The notes under the pieces: model-generated
The model's database searches: none
What the model was told of the DNA's origin: nothing
What the model saw: the letters and a program-made list of their open reading frames with translations, nothing else
Position numbers and translations under genes: made by a program
Origin: an uncultured bacterium
GTDB taxonomy: Bacteria > Planctomycetota > Phycisphaerae > Phycisphaerales > UBA1924
Direction: 5' to 3'
Length of the DNA: 64,000 nt
Assembly: GCA_903834785.1 (NCBI GenBank)
Contig: CAILKP010000103.1
Coordinates: forward strand, 1 to 64,000
Shown here: positions 39,453-49,611 of the stretch, piece by piece
Layout: each line of letters begins with the position of its first letter
Numbering within the stretch: position 1 is the stretch's first letter

Positions 39453-40463
39453 ATGACCACCGCCAACTCGTCCAAGCCCGCCCGCAAGTACATCAACCAG
39501 TTCGGCGAGTCGGAGTACATCACCGGCGTCTTCTCCATCTCCAACGCCCAGCTGGGCCGGACCAAGAACGACAAGCCGTACCTCAAGTGCATGATCCGCG
39601 ACAAGACGGGCGAGCTGCCCGCCCGCATGTGGACCATTGATCCCGACTACTTCCGCACGCTGCCCGTCGAGGGCTTCGTATACATCGAGGCCGAGACCCA
39701 GCCGTTCCAGGGCCAGCTTCAGCTGATCCTCAAGACCGTTCAGGGCGTGCAGATCAATGACGAGATGCTCCAGGAGCTGCTCCCGGTGACCAGCAAGAAC
39801 ATCGATGCGATGTTCGCCGAGCTCGTCGCGCTGCTCAAGACCCTCAAGCACCCGGCGATGGTGGCCCTGGCCAAGGTGTACCTGGAAGATGAAACGCTGA
39901 TGACCGGCCTGCGCCGGGCCCCGGCGGCCAAGAGCATTCACCACGCGTACATCGGCGGCCTGCTGGAGCACACGCTCTCGCTGATGAAGCTGGCCGATGC
40001 CGTCTGCCCGCTGTACCCGCGGATCAACCGCGACCTGGTGCTCATCGGCCTGTTCCTGCACGACCTGGGCAAGACGCGCGAGCTGGAGTATGACCGTACC
40101 TTCACGTACTCGGATCGTGGCGAGCTCATCGGCCACATCGTCGACGGGGCGATCATGCTGCACGACAAGGTGCAGACGCTGATGCGCAGCGAGGGCGTCC
40201 GCCTTCCCCCCTACGCCTACACGGTGCTGCAGCACATCATCATCTCCCACCACGGCGTGCCGGAGTTCGGTGCTGCCAAGATCCCCGCGACGCCCGAGGC
40301 CATCCTCGTCAGCGTGCTGGACAACCTTGACGCCAAGACCAGCATGGCCCTGGCGGCGGCCCGGCCCGAGCGTGATGATGAGAGCAACCACGGCGGCAAC
40401 TTCACCGACCGCCAGTTTGCCCTTGACACCAAGCTGTTCAAGCCCGATCCGCTGGCGATGTGA
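39453..40463 (+). CDS. YhaM-like 3-prime-to-5-prime exoribonuclease (OB-fold plus HD domain)
   Basis: N-terminal OB-fold region (YITGVFSISNAQLGRTKNDKPYLKCMIRDKTGELPARMW). HD motifs HHAYIGGLLEHT, LFLHDLGK, IISHHG. Confidence 0.7.
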   Translation: MTTANSSKPARKYINQFGESEYITGVFSISNAQLGRTKNDKPYLKCMIRDKTGELPARMWTIDPDYFRTLPVEGFVYIEAETQPFQGQLQLILKTVQGVQINDEMLQELLPVTSKNIDAMFAELVALLKTLKHPAMVALAKVYLEDETLMTGLRRAPAAKSIHHAYIGGLLEHTLSLMKLADAVCPLYPRINRDLVLIGLFLHDLGKTRELEYDRTFTYSDRGELIGHIVDGAIMLHDKVQTLMRSEGVRLPPYAYTVLQHIIISHHGVPEFGAAKIPATPEAILVSVLDNLDAKTSMALAAARPERDDESNHGGNFTDRQFALDTKLFKPDPLAM

Positions 40464-40496
40464 TCGCCAGCGGGGCCGCGGGCCGCAAGCGATGGA

Positions 40497-42362
40497 TCAG
40501 ACCGGCGGGATGTAGTTCAGCGGGGCATCGGTGCCCAGCGGGAAGCCGCTGTAGTACCACGCAAGCAGGAACGCCGTCCAGATGATGCCAAAGACGATCG
40601 AGTAGGGCAGCATCAGCGAGATGAGCGAGCCCAGGCCCGCGCTTCGCTTGTACTTCTGCAGCACCACCAGAATGATCAGCAGGTAGCTGTTGAGCGGGGT
40701 GACGATGTTGACGACGCTGTCGCCGATGCGGTAGGCGGCGGTTGTCAGTTCGGGGCTCATGCCCACCATCATGAACATGGGGATGAAGATCGGCGCCATG
40801 ACGCCGAACTTGCTGAGCATGCCGCTCATGGCGAAGTCACCGGCGACGACCAGCAGCACGAAGAGCACCACAAGCAGCGGGACCGGCACATCGGCCGCCA
40901 CCAGCAGCGAGCCGCCGGCAAAGGCGAGCATGCGGTCGAGCCCGGTGTAGGTGAAGTAGTTGACGAACTGGCCCATGAAGAAGGCGATGGCCAGCACCGG
41001 CACGATGGACTTGATGCCGTGGTAGATGGCCTCGATGAAGTCCTTCTGGGTCCGCAGGGCCCCGGTGACAAAGCCGTAGGCCATGCCCGGCAGCAGGAAG
41101 CTCAGGAAGATCATCGGCACGATGGCCTGCGACCAGCGGTCGCCCGGCGCCTCGGCCAGGCGGGCCGGGGCATCGGCCTTGACCACGTTGACCTCGCCCT
41201 TGGCCAGAACCTTGTCCCGGGGCAGCGTGGCAACTTCCTCGGCAGTGACGATGCGGATGGACTGGTTGGTGTGCACCTGGCCGCTGGCCAGCGTGGGCAG
41301 GCCGACGCCCTGCAGCGGGGCCTTGGGAACAAAGATCAGGGCGGCGAAGGTGCCCAGCACCACCACGAGCACCACCATGGCAACAGCCAGTCCCTTCTTT
41401 TCCTTGGCGGTCAGGGCCAGTTCGGTCAGGGCGCTGGTGTCGGCACTGTCCAGGCCGCCTTGGCGCTTGAGGCGGGGCTCAACGATTCGGTCGGTGACGA
41501 ACCAGCCGCAGAGCATGACTACCAGGGCCGATGCGGACTTGAAGTAGATGTTGTGCGTGGCCTCAACCGGGCCGTAGCCGGCATCGATGATGCGGGCCGA
41601 GTCGGTGGCGACACCAGCCAGGAAGCCATCGGCCGCGGTGGGGAACATGCCGCCGCCGAAGCCGCCGGCGACACCGGCGAACGCCGCGGCAAGGCCCGCG
41701 ACGGGGTGACGGCCAACGGCCAAGTACAACGCCGCGGCAAGCGGGGGCAGGATGATGTACCCCGCATCGCTGGCGACGCTGGAGTTGGCACCGATGAACA
41801 CGACCATGGGCGTCAGCAGTTTGCGGGGCGTGGCCAGGGCGAGCTGCCGCATGAGGGCGGAGAAGAGGCCGAACTTCTCGGCCAGACCGATGCCCAGCAT
41901 GGCGACAAACACAAGGCCCAGCGCGGGCAGCCCGGTGAAGTTGCGGACCATCGACGAGAGCATCCAGTAGACGCCGTCGGAGGTCAGCAGGTTGCGGGGC
42001 TCCAGCGGGGCACCGGTGGGTTCGAGCTTGACGATGGCCTTGCCGGCCTCATCGAGTTTGGGCACCATCTTGGGCTTGCCATCGGCAGCGAGCACCGGAG
42101 CACCGGCGGCATCGACCTTCTGGACGGTCTCGACGGTGAGACGGACGGGCTGCACCTTCCAGTTCATGGCCGAGCCGATGGCCGAGACCAGGATGATCAG
42201 GCCGGCGAGCATGGCAAACAGGATGGCCGGCTCGGGCAGGGCGTTGCCCACGCGCTCGATGAAGTCGAGCACCCCCCGCTTCTGCGGCGGCTGGCCTGAG
42301 GGGGAGCTGGATGAACCGGATGCAGCCGCGGCGGAGTTGTCGCTGGTGGGATCGCTGGGCAA
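40497..42362 (-). CDS. AbgT family (p-aminobenzoyl-glutamate-type) transporter
   Basis: N-terminal LDFIERVGNALPEPAILFAMLAGLIILVSAIGS is the AbgT signature. 12+ TM helices, about 100 aa longer than typical through an internal insertion. Confidence 0.75.
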   Translation of the reverse strand: MPSDPTSDNSAAAASGSSSSPSGQPPQKRGVLDFIERVGNALPEPAILFAMLAGLIILVSAIGSAMNWKVQPVRLTVETVQKVDAAGAPVLAADGKPKMVPKLDEAGKAIVKLEPTGAPLEPRNLLTSDGVYWMLSSMVRNFTGLPALGLVFVAMLGIGLAEKFGLFSALMRQLALATPRKLLTPMVVFIGANSSVASDAGYIILPPLAAALYLAVGRHPVAGLAAAFAGVAGGFGGGMFPTAADGFLAGVATDSARIIDAGYGPVEATHNIYFKSASALVVMLCGWFVTDRIVEPRLKRQGGLDSADTSALTELALTAKEKKGLAVAMVVLVVVLGTFAALIFVPKAPLQGVGLPTLASGQVHTNQSIRIVTAEEVATLPRDKVLAKGEVNVVKADAPARLAEAPGDRWSQAIVPMIFLSFLLPGMAYGFVTGALRTQKDFIEAIYHGIKSIVPVLAIAFFMGQFVNYFTYTGLDRMLAFAGGSLLVAADVPVPLLVVLFVLLVVAGDFAMSGMLSKFGVMAPIFIPMFMMVGMSPELTTAAYRIGDSVVNIVTPLNSYLLIILVVLQKYKRSAGLGSLISLMLPYSIVFGIIWTAFLLAWYYSGFPLGTDAPLNYIPPV

Positions 42363-42597
42363 GGGTCGCTCGCTACAGGAGGTGGGACGGGAGGGGAACG
42401 GGCAGAGGGAAAGGCGGGGACGGAGTCAGAATGACACCGTTCGGCGAGCCAGATCAGGCAGGCCGGTCCCCGATTCTATCAACGCAAACACCCGAAACAG
42501 GGGTTCCGCCGCGTCCTTTGTGCGTTATCCGCCAGTTGAGAACCGGGAGGAGGCGACGGGGCCTGCACTGCACGCCGTCCCGTGGGGCAGCAGGTAC

Positions 42598-43788
42598 TCA
42601 GCGGCGGGCGAGCATGTCGCGGACCGCTTGGGCAGTCACGGTATTGGGGGCCGCTTCGAGAACCCGCTGGTACCACAACATCGCTACCGCACGGTCGTTT
42701 CGCTGCTCTGCGAGCTGGGCGGCAGAAAAACACACGGCCGCAGCAATGTCCGCGAACGTGCCGGACGAACCTTCAGCGGGAGCGACGCTGGATGACGTTT
42801 CGTTCTCGCCACGATCGAGCCAGAACTGGTCAGCCACTTGCGCGGCGGCCACTCGATTGCCAAGTCCCTGATGGGCTTCCAGCAACCGCAGGTAGAGAAC
42901 CGCACTCGCCGCGGACCGGGCTTCTTTCGGATCGGCCAGAGCCGACTGCAAAAGGGAGACGGCCTGCTCTCTCGAGCCCGACCGCGCAGCGTGCGACAAA
43001 GCACTTGCACGGCTCGAAGACATCACGGCACCACGCTGGGCCTCGGCAACAGCGAGGAAAAGCGGTCGTGCCTCGTCAGGTTTCTCAAGAGCCATCAAAT
43101 CCAAGGCTGTGTTCCCCGTGACGTTGACCAGTTCATCTGGAGGCAGGACGCTGGCGAACCGCTTGAGATACAGCCGCTGCATGTCGATCGCCTCTTGAAC
43201 TTTACCCGACGCCCGCAGATGCTGGACGGCAGACCAAACGATCGGCAAGGGTGACTTGTCCAACGATTCACCGGACAAGATCGCATTTGCTTTCTGAATG
43301 ACCGATTGGGTGATCTCTGAACGGTGAAGACCCGTGGAAGGCGTGAGCAGGTTCAGCAGGCGAAGCGCATCGACTCGATCGAACTCTGAACATCCCTCAC
43401 AAAGCCAAAGCCTGTGCAGGATCAGCCAACCTTCCTCGCAGAATCCATTGGCGAGGGCGAAGTGCCCCACGACTCGCTGCAACTCGGCATGTTTCAGGGG
43501 ATCCAGACGACGCAACAGGACCGCAATGTGCTCAATCCACGTCGCTCTGGAATCTTCTGGAAGCGAGGAGAAAATTCCCTCCAGAATCTCGCGATGTTGG
43601 AAGGGCTCCAACTCCCCGGAAACAAACGCACCGACTAAGCCGTCCGCTGATCGGAAGCGCGGGTCAGAGCTATTGACCAACGTGGGTGATGTCGCCACTC
43701 CTGCGGTTTGCAATCGAAGCAGAATCGCGCCACCTGCAACAATCGTCGCTACCAGACATCCAATCGCGACTCTCCACCTCAAGGACAT
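42598..43788 (-). CDS. hypothetical N-terminally anchored TPR-like protein
   Basis: N-terminal TM (VAIGCLVATIVAGGAILL), then helical repeat-like body. Lower GC than flanks. The start overlaps the upstream gene end by 10 bp. Confidence 0.45.
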   Translation of the reverse strand: MSLRWRVAIGCLVATIVAGGAILLRLQTAGVATSPTLVNSSDPRFRSADGLVGAFVSGELEPFQHREILEGIFSSLPEDSRATWIEHIAVLLRRLDPLKHAELQRVVGHFALANGFCEEGWLILHRLWLCEGCSEFDRVDALRLLNLLTPSTGLHRSEITQSVIQKANAILSGESLDKSPLPIVWSAVQHLRASGKVQEAIDMQRLYLKRFASVLPPDELVNVTGNTALDLMALEKPDEARPLFLAVAEAQRGAVMSSSRASALSHAARSGSREQAVSLLQSALADPKEARSAASAVLYLRLLEAHQGLGNRVAAAQVADQFWLDRGENETSSSVAPAEGSSGTFADIAAAVCFSAAQLAEQRNDRAVAMLWYQRVLEAAPNTVTAQAVRDMLARR

Positions 43789-44486
43789 GGATCGACTCCG
43801 CTCGTGAAGATAGCCTCCGAAGAACTCACTCCATCGCTCTTGACAGTTGTCGTTCGTCTGCGGCCGGTCGTTTCGAGGACGGGAAGACCCGCACTCTGAT
43901 TGCTGCAGGTCACAACATCAACAAACGTCTGGGACAGTGTCGCCAATCTGAGGGGCCGACGAATGGTCGTCGTCCACCACGAGCAGGGAGCGAGCGTCGT
44001 TGTCGCCGAATCGCCGACGGTCAGCGTTTCGGTGGTTGGCGGCTTAGCAGCGACGGTGACGCGGGCGCTGGGTTTCACGACCGCCTCTGAAGCGAGCGGC
44101 AGCCATTCAGCGAGATTCGAAGCCGCGATGCCGGAAACACCGCCCCCTGCGACCCGCGGGGTACCCGATGGGCTTGTGACCGTCTGACTGTACGAAATGG
44201 TGACTGGAGTTGTTTCCGTCAGGGAGGTGTTTCGTTGGGTGCTCACGAATACGACCTGCCAGCCATTGTCTTGAAGGTTCGCCACCGGGGAGCCGACCTC
44301 TCTGTCCTGCTGAAACAACAGCCGAGTCCGCATCTGACCGTCAGTACAGACATGGACCCAAGTCGGATGGTCGGACGAGCTGGTCTGGAAAGCGAAGCCG
44401 AAAGCACAAGAGCCCGCCACCGCCAACGAAACGAACACGATGAGCTTTCCCCGGGGACACCAAACCATTGGATCTCCTTTCTGCAC
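43779..44486 (-). CDS. hypothetical secreted Thr/Ser-rich protein
   Basis: Signal peptide LIVFVSLAVAGSCAFGFA, Thr-rich beta-like body, two Cys near the C-terminus. Lower GC. Confidence 0.4.
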   Translation of the reverse strand: MQKGDPMVWCPRGKLIVFVSLAVAGSCAFGFAFQTSSSDHPTWVHVCTDGQMRTRLLFQQDREVGSPVANLQDNGWQVVFVSTQRNTSLTETTPVTISYSQTVTSPSGTPRVAGGGVSGIAASNLAEWLPLASEAVVKPSARVTVAAKPPTTETLTVGDSATTTLAPCSWWTTTIRRPLRLATLSQTFVDVVTCSNQSAGLPVLETTGRRRTTTVKSDGVSSSEAIFTSGVDPCP

Positions 44487-44721
44487 CCTGTCTGTACCTC
44501 AACACTCTCTTAGCCTCGCCGCACGCTACCCGACGCGGTCAGTCTACTCGATTGCTGCGGAGCCGTCAAGGAGATCCAGCGATCTGAACGGCTGACCGGG
44601 GCGCACTTGGCGTTTCAGCACGCTTTGGGTTCGACGGGGCTCGCGAGAAGCGGGAGTTCGGCGATCCAGCGGGCATATGCGTCACCAACTGCCCAACGCG
44701 GGGTTGAGCGGTCACCCCGAG

Positions 44722-45450
44722 TCATTCCGATAGCAGGCCCGACTGGCGAAGGGTGGCTCGCATCTGGGCGGCGGTGTCGGCGGTGTGGTCGATCTGGTGG
44801 ACCTTCCAGCCGGCGGCACGGGCGCCGGTCACGTTGTCGGCCAGGTCGTCGAAGAACAGGACTTGCTCGGGGCGAACGCCGACGCGGTGCTCGAAGGCGC
44901 GGTGGATCTCGACGGTGGGCTTGGCGTGGCCCAGGAGGTGCGAGGCGTGGGGATGGAGGATGCGGGCGAGAGTCGGGTAGCCGCTGGCGGGGTGGTGGTC
45001 TGCCGGATCGGTGGCACTCTGCGGTGCGGCGGTGTGCCAGCGGCGGGGCATCATGGCCACCCAGTGGGCGTGGTTGGTGTTGCTGAGCACGCCGGTAGGG
45101 ATGCCGGCTCGGTGGAGTTCATCAACCACATCGCCGATGCCGGGATACTCGCCAAGGAGCCAGGCGGTGTGGATGCGGCGGACCTGCTCCGGTGAGTAGA
45201 GGCCGGAGGTTGTGGAGGCGAGTTCGACAAAGAACGACTCGCAGGGCAGGGCACCGATTTCGTGCTGGCGGACGACGGCCTTGCGGGCCTCGAGCATGGC
45301 GGGATCGCGGACCTGCGGGTGGTAGGGCTCACCGGCGGCGGCGCACGCCTCCTCCCACGAGCGGCAGATGCGGACCATGACGCCGCCGAGGTCGAACACG
45401 ACGATGGGCTGGCCTGGCGGGACGGGCTGGGTGCTGGGCGCGTGACTCAT
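44722..45450 (-). CDS. HAD-superfamily hydrolase (subfamily IA)
   Basis: Motif I VVFDLGGVMV, motif III K, motif IV FFDDLADNV. Confidence 0.75.
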   Translation of the reverse strand: MSHAPSTQPVPPGQPIVVFDLGGVMVRICRSWEEACAAAGEPYHPQVRDPAMLEARKAVVRQHEIGALPCESFFVELASTTSGLYSPEQVRRIHTAWLLGEYPGIGDVVDELHRAGIPTGVLSNTNHAHWVAMMPRRWHTAAPQSATDPADHHPASGYPTLARILHPHASHLLGHAKPTVEIHRAFEHRVGVRPEQVLFFDDLADNVTGARAAGWKVHQIDHTADTAAQMRATLRQSGLLSE

Positions 45451-46898
45451 GAGGACTGTTCGGGCTCTTGAAGTGCGGCGGAGGGATCCGAGCTTGCGGG
45501 GGCCGTTCCGGGGCCGGTTCCGGGGATTGGCGGCGGCGGGGACTTCATGACTTCCTGCAGGACAGTGGTGGCAAAGCCACCGGGGGGAAGCTCGAAGGAG
45601 CAGAGGATGAACAGGCCGTGCTCATCGCTTCCGGCCTCGATCATCGGATAGCCAAGGGGCATGCGGAGGGAGCGGCGCGTGCCGCGGAGCGGGTCGCGCC
45701 CGCGCGGCGTGGCTGCTTCACGGTCGGCATAGGCCTGGAAGTCCTGCTCGCAGAGCCCAAAGGCGGCCAGTGCGGCGAGTTCCCGCTCCAGCGTCGCACC
45801 GGAGGGGCGGAGCATGCCAAGGCCCCACATGGGACCGGTCGGTGAGATCTCCAGCGAGCGGACGCGCTGGGCGGTTTCGGGGAGTTCGGCGGTCGCTGCA
45901 TCCACCGTGAAGCACGCGCCGTTGGCGTGCTTGAAGGCGATGTCGCCATCGCTGAGCGTGCCGAGGGTGCCGTCGCGCAGGCGCGAGTCGAGCACGCTGT
46001 TGAAGATCGCTGACTGCAGCGAGGTGAGAAAGAAGTCCCACTGCAGGCCGCTCATGCGGCGGAGGGCGGCCTCGTGGCTTGCGCCATCGGCCAGGGCCTT
46101 CATCACGCGGAGCTCGGTGTCGGCATCGCGCGAGAGACGCTGGAGGGCATCGCGGTACTTGCCCTCGGCGTAGAGCATGCGGCTGACGCGCTGGAACTCG
46201 GGATCAACACCTCCCTGCTGCTCGCGGAGTGAGGCGGGGCCGAGCAGTTCGTTGCAGGCACGCTCCCAGCGGCCAAGCAGCAAGTCGCGGCCGATGAGGT
46301 GGTTGTTGCCGAGCATGCCGAAGCGCTGCTCACCAGCGCGGTTGGGCACACCGGTCTTCTCGAGCTTCTCGAGCGTGCGTTTGGCCGGGAACACGCCGTT
46401 GATGGGTGCCGAGCGGATGCGGATGGCAAAGCGGTTGCCGGCCAGATGGCCGCGGCGGAGTTTGTTGGTGTGCAAGTCGACCCAGAGGACCTGGATGGAC
46501 TCGTGCAGGAGCGTGGGGAAGTCCTCGGGCTTCTTGCCCGGGGTGTGGATGCTGAGCACCTGGCGGGTGATGGCCCGCTTGTCCTTCATGCCGGCGAAGC
46601 CGACATCACCGGGGCGGACGCCGAAGTGGCGGGCGACGATGTCGACCAGCTGGCTGGTGGACATGCCGACTTTCTGGACGAAGATGTAGATGTGCTCGCC
46701 GCTGCCGCAGGGCTCGTAGGCGGGGAGCTCCTCGACGATGAAATCCTCAACGCGCTGCTTGATGAGGCCGCCGGTGCCGGGGAACTCGGCGGAGAGGTAA
46801 ACATCGGGCTGGGTGTGTGGGGACGCGTCGGTGACGGTGTGGGGGTCCGGAGCCATTGTGGGCTCGGACGCAGGTTGTGAGGAGTCACCGCTGGGCAT
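45447..46898 (-). CDS. truD: tRNA pseudouridine(13) synthase TruD
   Basis: VEDFIVEE...GSGEHIYIFVQKVGMSTSQLV...VGFAGMKDKRAITRQ matches the TruD N-terminal catalytic region (catalytic Asp in DFIV). Has an N-terminal extension. Confidence 0.75.
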   Translation of the reverse strand: MPSGDSSQPASEPTMAPDPHTVTDASPHTQPDVYLSAEFPGTGGLIKQRVEDFIVEELPAYEPCGSGEHIYIFVQKVGMSTSQLVDIVARHFGVRPGDVGFAGMKDKRAITRQVLSIHTPGKKPEDFPTLLHESIQVLWVDLHTNKLRRGHLAGNRFAIRIRSAPINGVFPAKRTLEKLEKTGVPNRAGEQRFGMLGNNHLIGRDLLLGRWERACNELLGPASLREQQGGVDPEFQRVSRMLYAEGKYRDALQRLSRDADTELRVMKALADGASHEAALRRMSGLQWDFFLTSLQSAIFNSVLDSRLRDGTLGTLSDGDIAFKHANGACFTVDAATAELPETAQRVRSLEISPTGPMWGLGMLRPSGATLERELAALAAFGLCEQDFQAYADREAATPRGRDPLRGTRRSLRMPLGYPMIEAGSDEHGLFILCSFELPPGGFATTVLQEVMKSPPPPIPGTGPGTAPASSDPSAALQEPEQSS

Positions 46899-46928
46899 GC
46901 AAGAGGATAGAGCGGCGGCGGGCGGTGC

Positions 46929-47666
46929 TCACGGCTGGGCCGAGTCAGGTTTAAAGAAGAAGACGGTGTCCTCGATGCCGTTGGACGTCCAGAGGCAGCG
47001 CCAGGTGGAGGCGGTGGCCCAGAACTGCTGCCAGCGGGGTGACGCGGGTGCGCCGTACTGGCCGATGGCGTATGGCGCGAAGGTGCGGTGGGGCAGGTAT
47101 CGCTGCACGTTATCGATGGCGACGATGCCGCCGGGCCGGACGGCATCCATGGCCCAGAGCGCGCAGGCGTCGCGATGCAGACCGTCGACCAGGGCGAGAT
47201 TCGGGCGGCGACCGGCCAGTGCCGTGGATGCGGCGGCGATGTAGCCGGCCTCCTCCTTGGGTGCCAGGGCGTAGACGGTGTTGCTGATGCCGGCGGACTT
47301 GAGCCGACCGGTGACCTCGGTGTGCCACTGCTCGTGATGCTCCGCACTTGCGACGAAGCCGGAGGGGCCGACCTGGCGGGCAAAGAAGAGGGTGGAGCGG
47401 CCGGAGCCGAACTCGGCGACGGTGTCACCGGGGCGGAGCCAGGTGGACAGGAAGTTCACGGCATCGGCGGTGAGCCAGGGGGCCTCGGGGTTCTGCTTCT
47501 GCCACCACCAGAGGGCGACACGGTTGACGACGTAGCGGGGCGTCCAGTGCTTGCGCGGGCGAGGGAGCTTGAGCCCCGAGCGGTGCGGGCTCGGGATCTT
47601 CGCTGCCGCGGGATCGATGCCGGCGGCGGCGGGGCTGACGGCATGTCCGGAGGTAGAGTCAGTCAT
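46929..47666 (-). CDS. class I SAM-dependent methyltransferase-like protein
   Basis: GDTVAEFGSGRSTLFFA glycine-rich motif I in a Rossmann-like context. Family assignment weak. Confidence 0.45.
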   Translation of the reverse strand: MTDSTSGHAVSPAAAGIDPAAAKIPSPHRSGLKLPRPRKHWTPRYVVNRVALWWWQKQNPEAPWLTADAVNFLSTWLRPGDTVAEFGSGRSTLFFARQVGPSGFVASAEHHEQWHTEVTGRLKSAGISNTVYALAPKEEAGYIAAASTALAGRRPNLALVDGLHRDACALWAMDAVRPGGIVAIDNVQRYLPHRTFAPYAIGQYGAPASPRWQQFWATASTWRCLWTSNGIEDTVFFFKPDSAQP

Positions 47667-47958
47667 TCCAGCGGGGTCCTTGGCCTGTGGGGCGCGGTCT
47701 TGCGGTCGAAAGCCCCTCCGAAACCTAGCAACGGTATCGGCCAGTCACCCGCGTGGGAAGAGGGGCGAATCGCGCAAGAGTGGCCGAGCCGGGGTGTGCG
47801 GGCATGACACAGAGGCTGAGCGGCGTGGACTGACCGGCGTATGCTGGCCTGAGCAAGCCGGGTGGCCCGGAAACCCGCAAGGACCGATGCAGACGGGCCG
47901 ACGAGGGGGCACACAGGGCACGGAAGGGGCTGCGGGAGGGGCGAGTGACGCCGCAGCC

Positions 47959-49581
47959 ATGAGCACGACCGATGACAGTTCGAGCCCGACGCCCCCGGCA
48001 CCCGCCGGAGCACTTGGGCAGACGGCGGGGCGTGGGGTGGCGTTGCTGCTGGCGAGCAACATGGCCGGCAAGGTCATGGTGGTGGTGGCGCAGCTGGTGC
48101 TTGGGTGGATTCTCACGCCGACGGACTTTGGGTTGTACGCGATCGTGATGTCGATTGCGATGTTTATTCAGACGTTTCGTGACGGGGGTGTGCGGGACTA
48201 CCTGACGCGGCGGGTGGATGACTACGAGCAGATGCTGGGCCCGTGCTTCTGGCTGTCGCTGTGGATCAACTGCCTCGTCGGGCTGGCGCTGGGAGTGGCG
48301 GGCATGGTGGTGGGGCTGGTGTACAGCAGCACGGGGTACCTGAAGTCACCGGGAGAGCTCGCGCTGCTGGTGTGGATCATGGCGGCATCGGTGCCGCTGG
48401 GATCGGCCGGGCCGGTGCTGCTGGCGCGGCTGCGGATTGACCTGCGGTTCTCGACGATCGCGACGTGGACGGTGCTGTCGGCGGTGGTGCGGTATGCCGG
48501 GCAGATCGGCATGGCGGTGGCGGGCTTTGGGGTGTACTCGCTGATCGTGCCGCTGGTGGCGGTCGCGATCTTCGATTCAGTCTTTGTGGTGGCGGCGACG
48601 GGGATCCGGCCGTGGAAGTACAAGGCGGAGCGGTCGCGGTGGAAGGAGATTCTCTCGGGCAGCGGGTGGCTGATGGTGGGCCAGTCGATGGCGGGAATCC
48701 TCAACAGCGGGTACTTCCTGCTGGCGGGTTTGTTCGTGCCGCGGGAGATCATCGGCGTGCTGTACTTCGCCGTGATGCTGCACATGCAGGTAGAGACGCT
48801 GATCGGGCAGTCGGTGGTGGGCGTGATGCAGCCGGTACTGACGCGGCTGAACGGGGATGTGGTGCGGCAGGGGCAGGCATGCCTGCGGATTGCGCGGGCG
48901 GCGACGCTGATCTCGGCCCCGGCGACGCTGGGGTTAGCACTGCTGTACCCGGCGGTGGAGGCGGTGGTGTTCGGCGGGAAGTGGGCGGACGCGGCGATGC
49001 CGCTGGCGGTGCTGGCGCTGGGGTATGTGGCGCGGGCATCGTTTGTCTCGGTCCCGAGCCCGCTGCTGGTGGCGCGGGGTGAGTACAGAGCGTGGGCGAT
49101 GATGTGGGGATGGAACTGTGCCGGCGTGCTGCTGGTGGCGATGGCCAGCGCGGCGGCGGCGAAGGCGGCGGGCGTGCACGAGATGGCGATCGTGTCGGCG
49201 GGGGTATCGGCCTTCCTGGTGGTGGCGTGCCTGTGGAGCACGGTGGGTGTGATGCGGACGCTGGGCGTGAGCGCGACCGAGACGCTGCGGGCGTGCATCG
49301 GCACGCTGCCGGTGACGCTTGCCGCGGCGGTGGCGTGCTGGGCGGCGGATGTGTTTGTACTTGAGCCGAAACTGGGCGGGATGATTACGCAGGTGGTGAA
49401 GGTTGCCGGGCGCGAGGTTGCGGTGTTTCAGCTGGTGCGCGGGGCGGTGCTGGGGGTGATGTTTGTGATCCTGCTGGCCATCGGGCTGCGTGTGCTGGCG
49501 CGGGCGCAGGTGGCCGATGCGATCGGCGTGCTGCCGGGCAAGCTGGGGCGGCCGCTGGGCCGGCTGATGGGCGTGCGATGA
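47959..49581 (+). CDS. polysaccharide biosynthesis protein / Wzx-like oligosaccharide flippase (MOP superfamily)
   Basis: About 540 aa with 12-14 TM helices. N-terminal LLASNMAGKVMVVVAQLVLGWILTPTDFGLYAIVMSIAMFIQTFRDGGV is typical of the polysaccharide biosynthesis protein family. G-ending codons. Start could also be Met 47887. Confidence 0.7.
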   Translation: MSTTDDSSSPTPPAPAGALGQTAGRGVALLLASNMAGKVMVVVAQLVLGWILTPTDFGLYAIVMSIAMFIQTFRDGGVRDYLTRRVDDYEQMLGPCFWLSLWINCLVGLALGVAGMVVGLVYSSTGYLKSPGELALLVWIMAASVPLGSAGPVLLARLRIDLRFSTIATWTVLSAVVRYAGQIGMAVAGFGVYSLIVPLVAVAIFDSVFVVAATGIRPWKYKAERSRWKEILSGSGWLMVGQSMAGILNSGYFLLAGLFVPREIIGVLYFAVMLHMQVETLIGQSVVGVMQPVLTRLNGDVVRQGQACLRIARAATLISAPATLGLALLYPAVEAVVFGGKWADAAMPLAVLALGYVARASFVSVPSPLLVARGEYRAWAMMWGWNCAGVLLVAMASAAAAKAAGVHEMAIVSAGVSAFLVVACLWSTVGVMRTLGVSATETLRACIGTLPVTLAAAVACWAADVFVLEPKLGGMITQVVKVAGREVAVFQLVRGAVLGVMFVILLAIGLRVLARAQVADAIGVLPGKLGRPLGRLMGVR

Positions 49582-49611
49582 GGCAGCCGCCGGGCGGGCG
49601 GAGCGAGAGAT

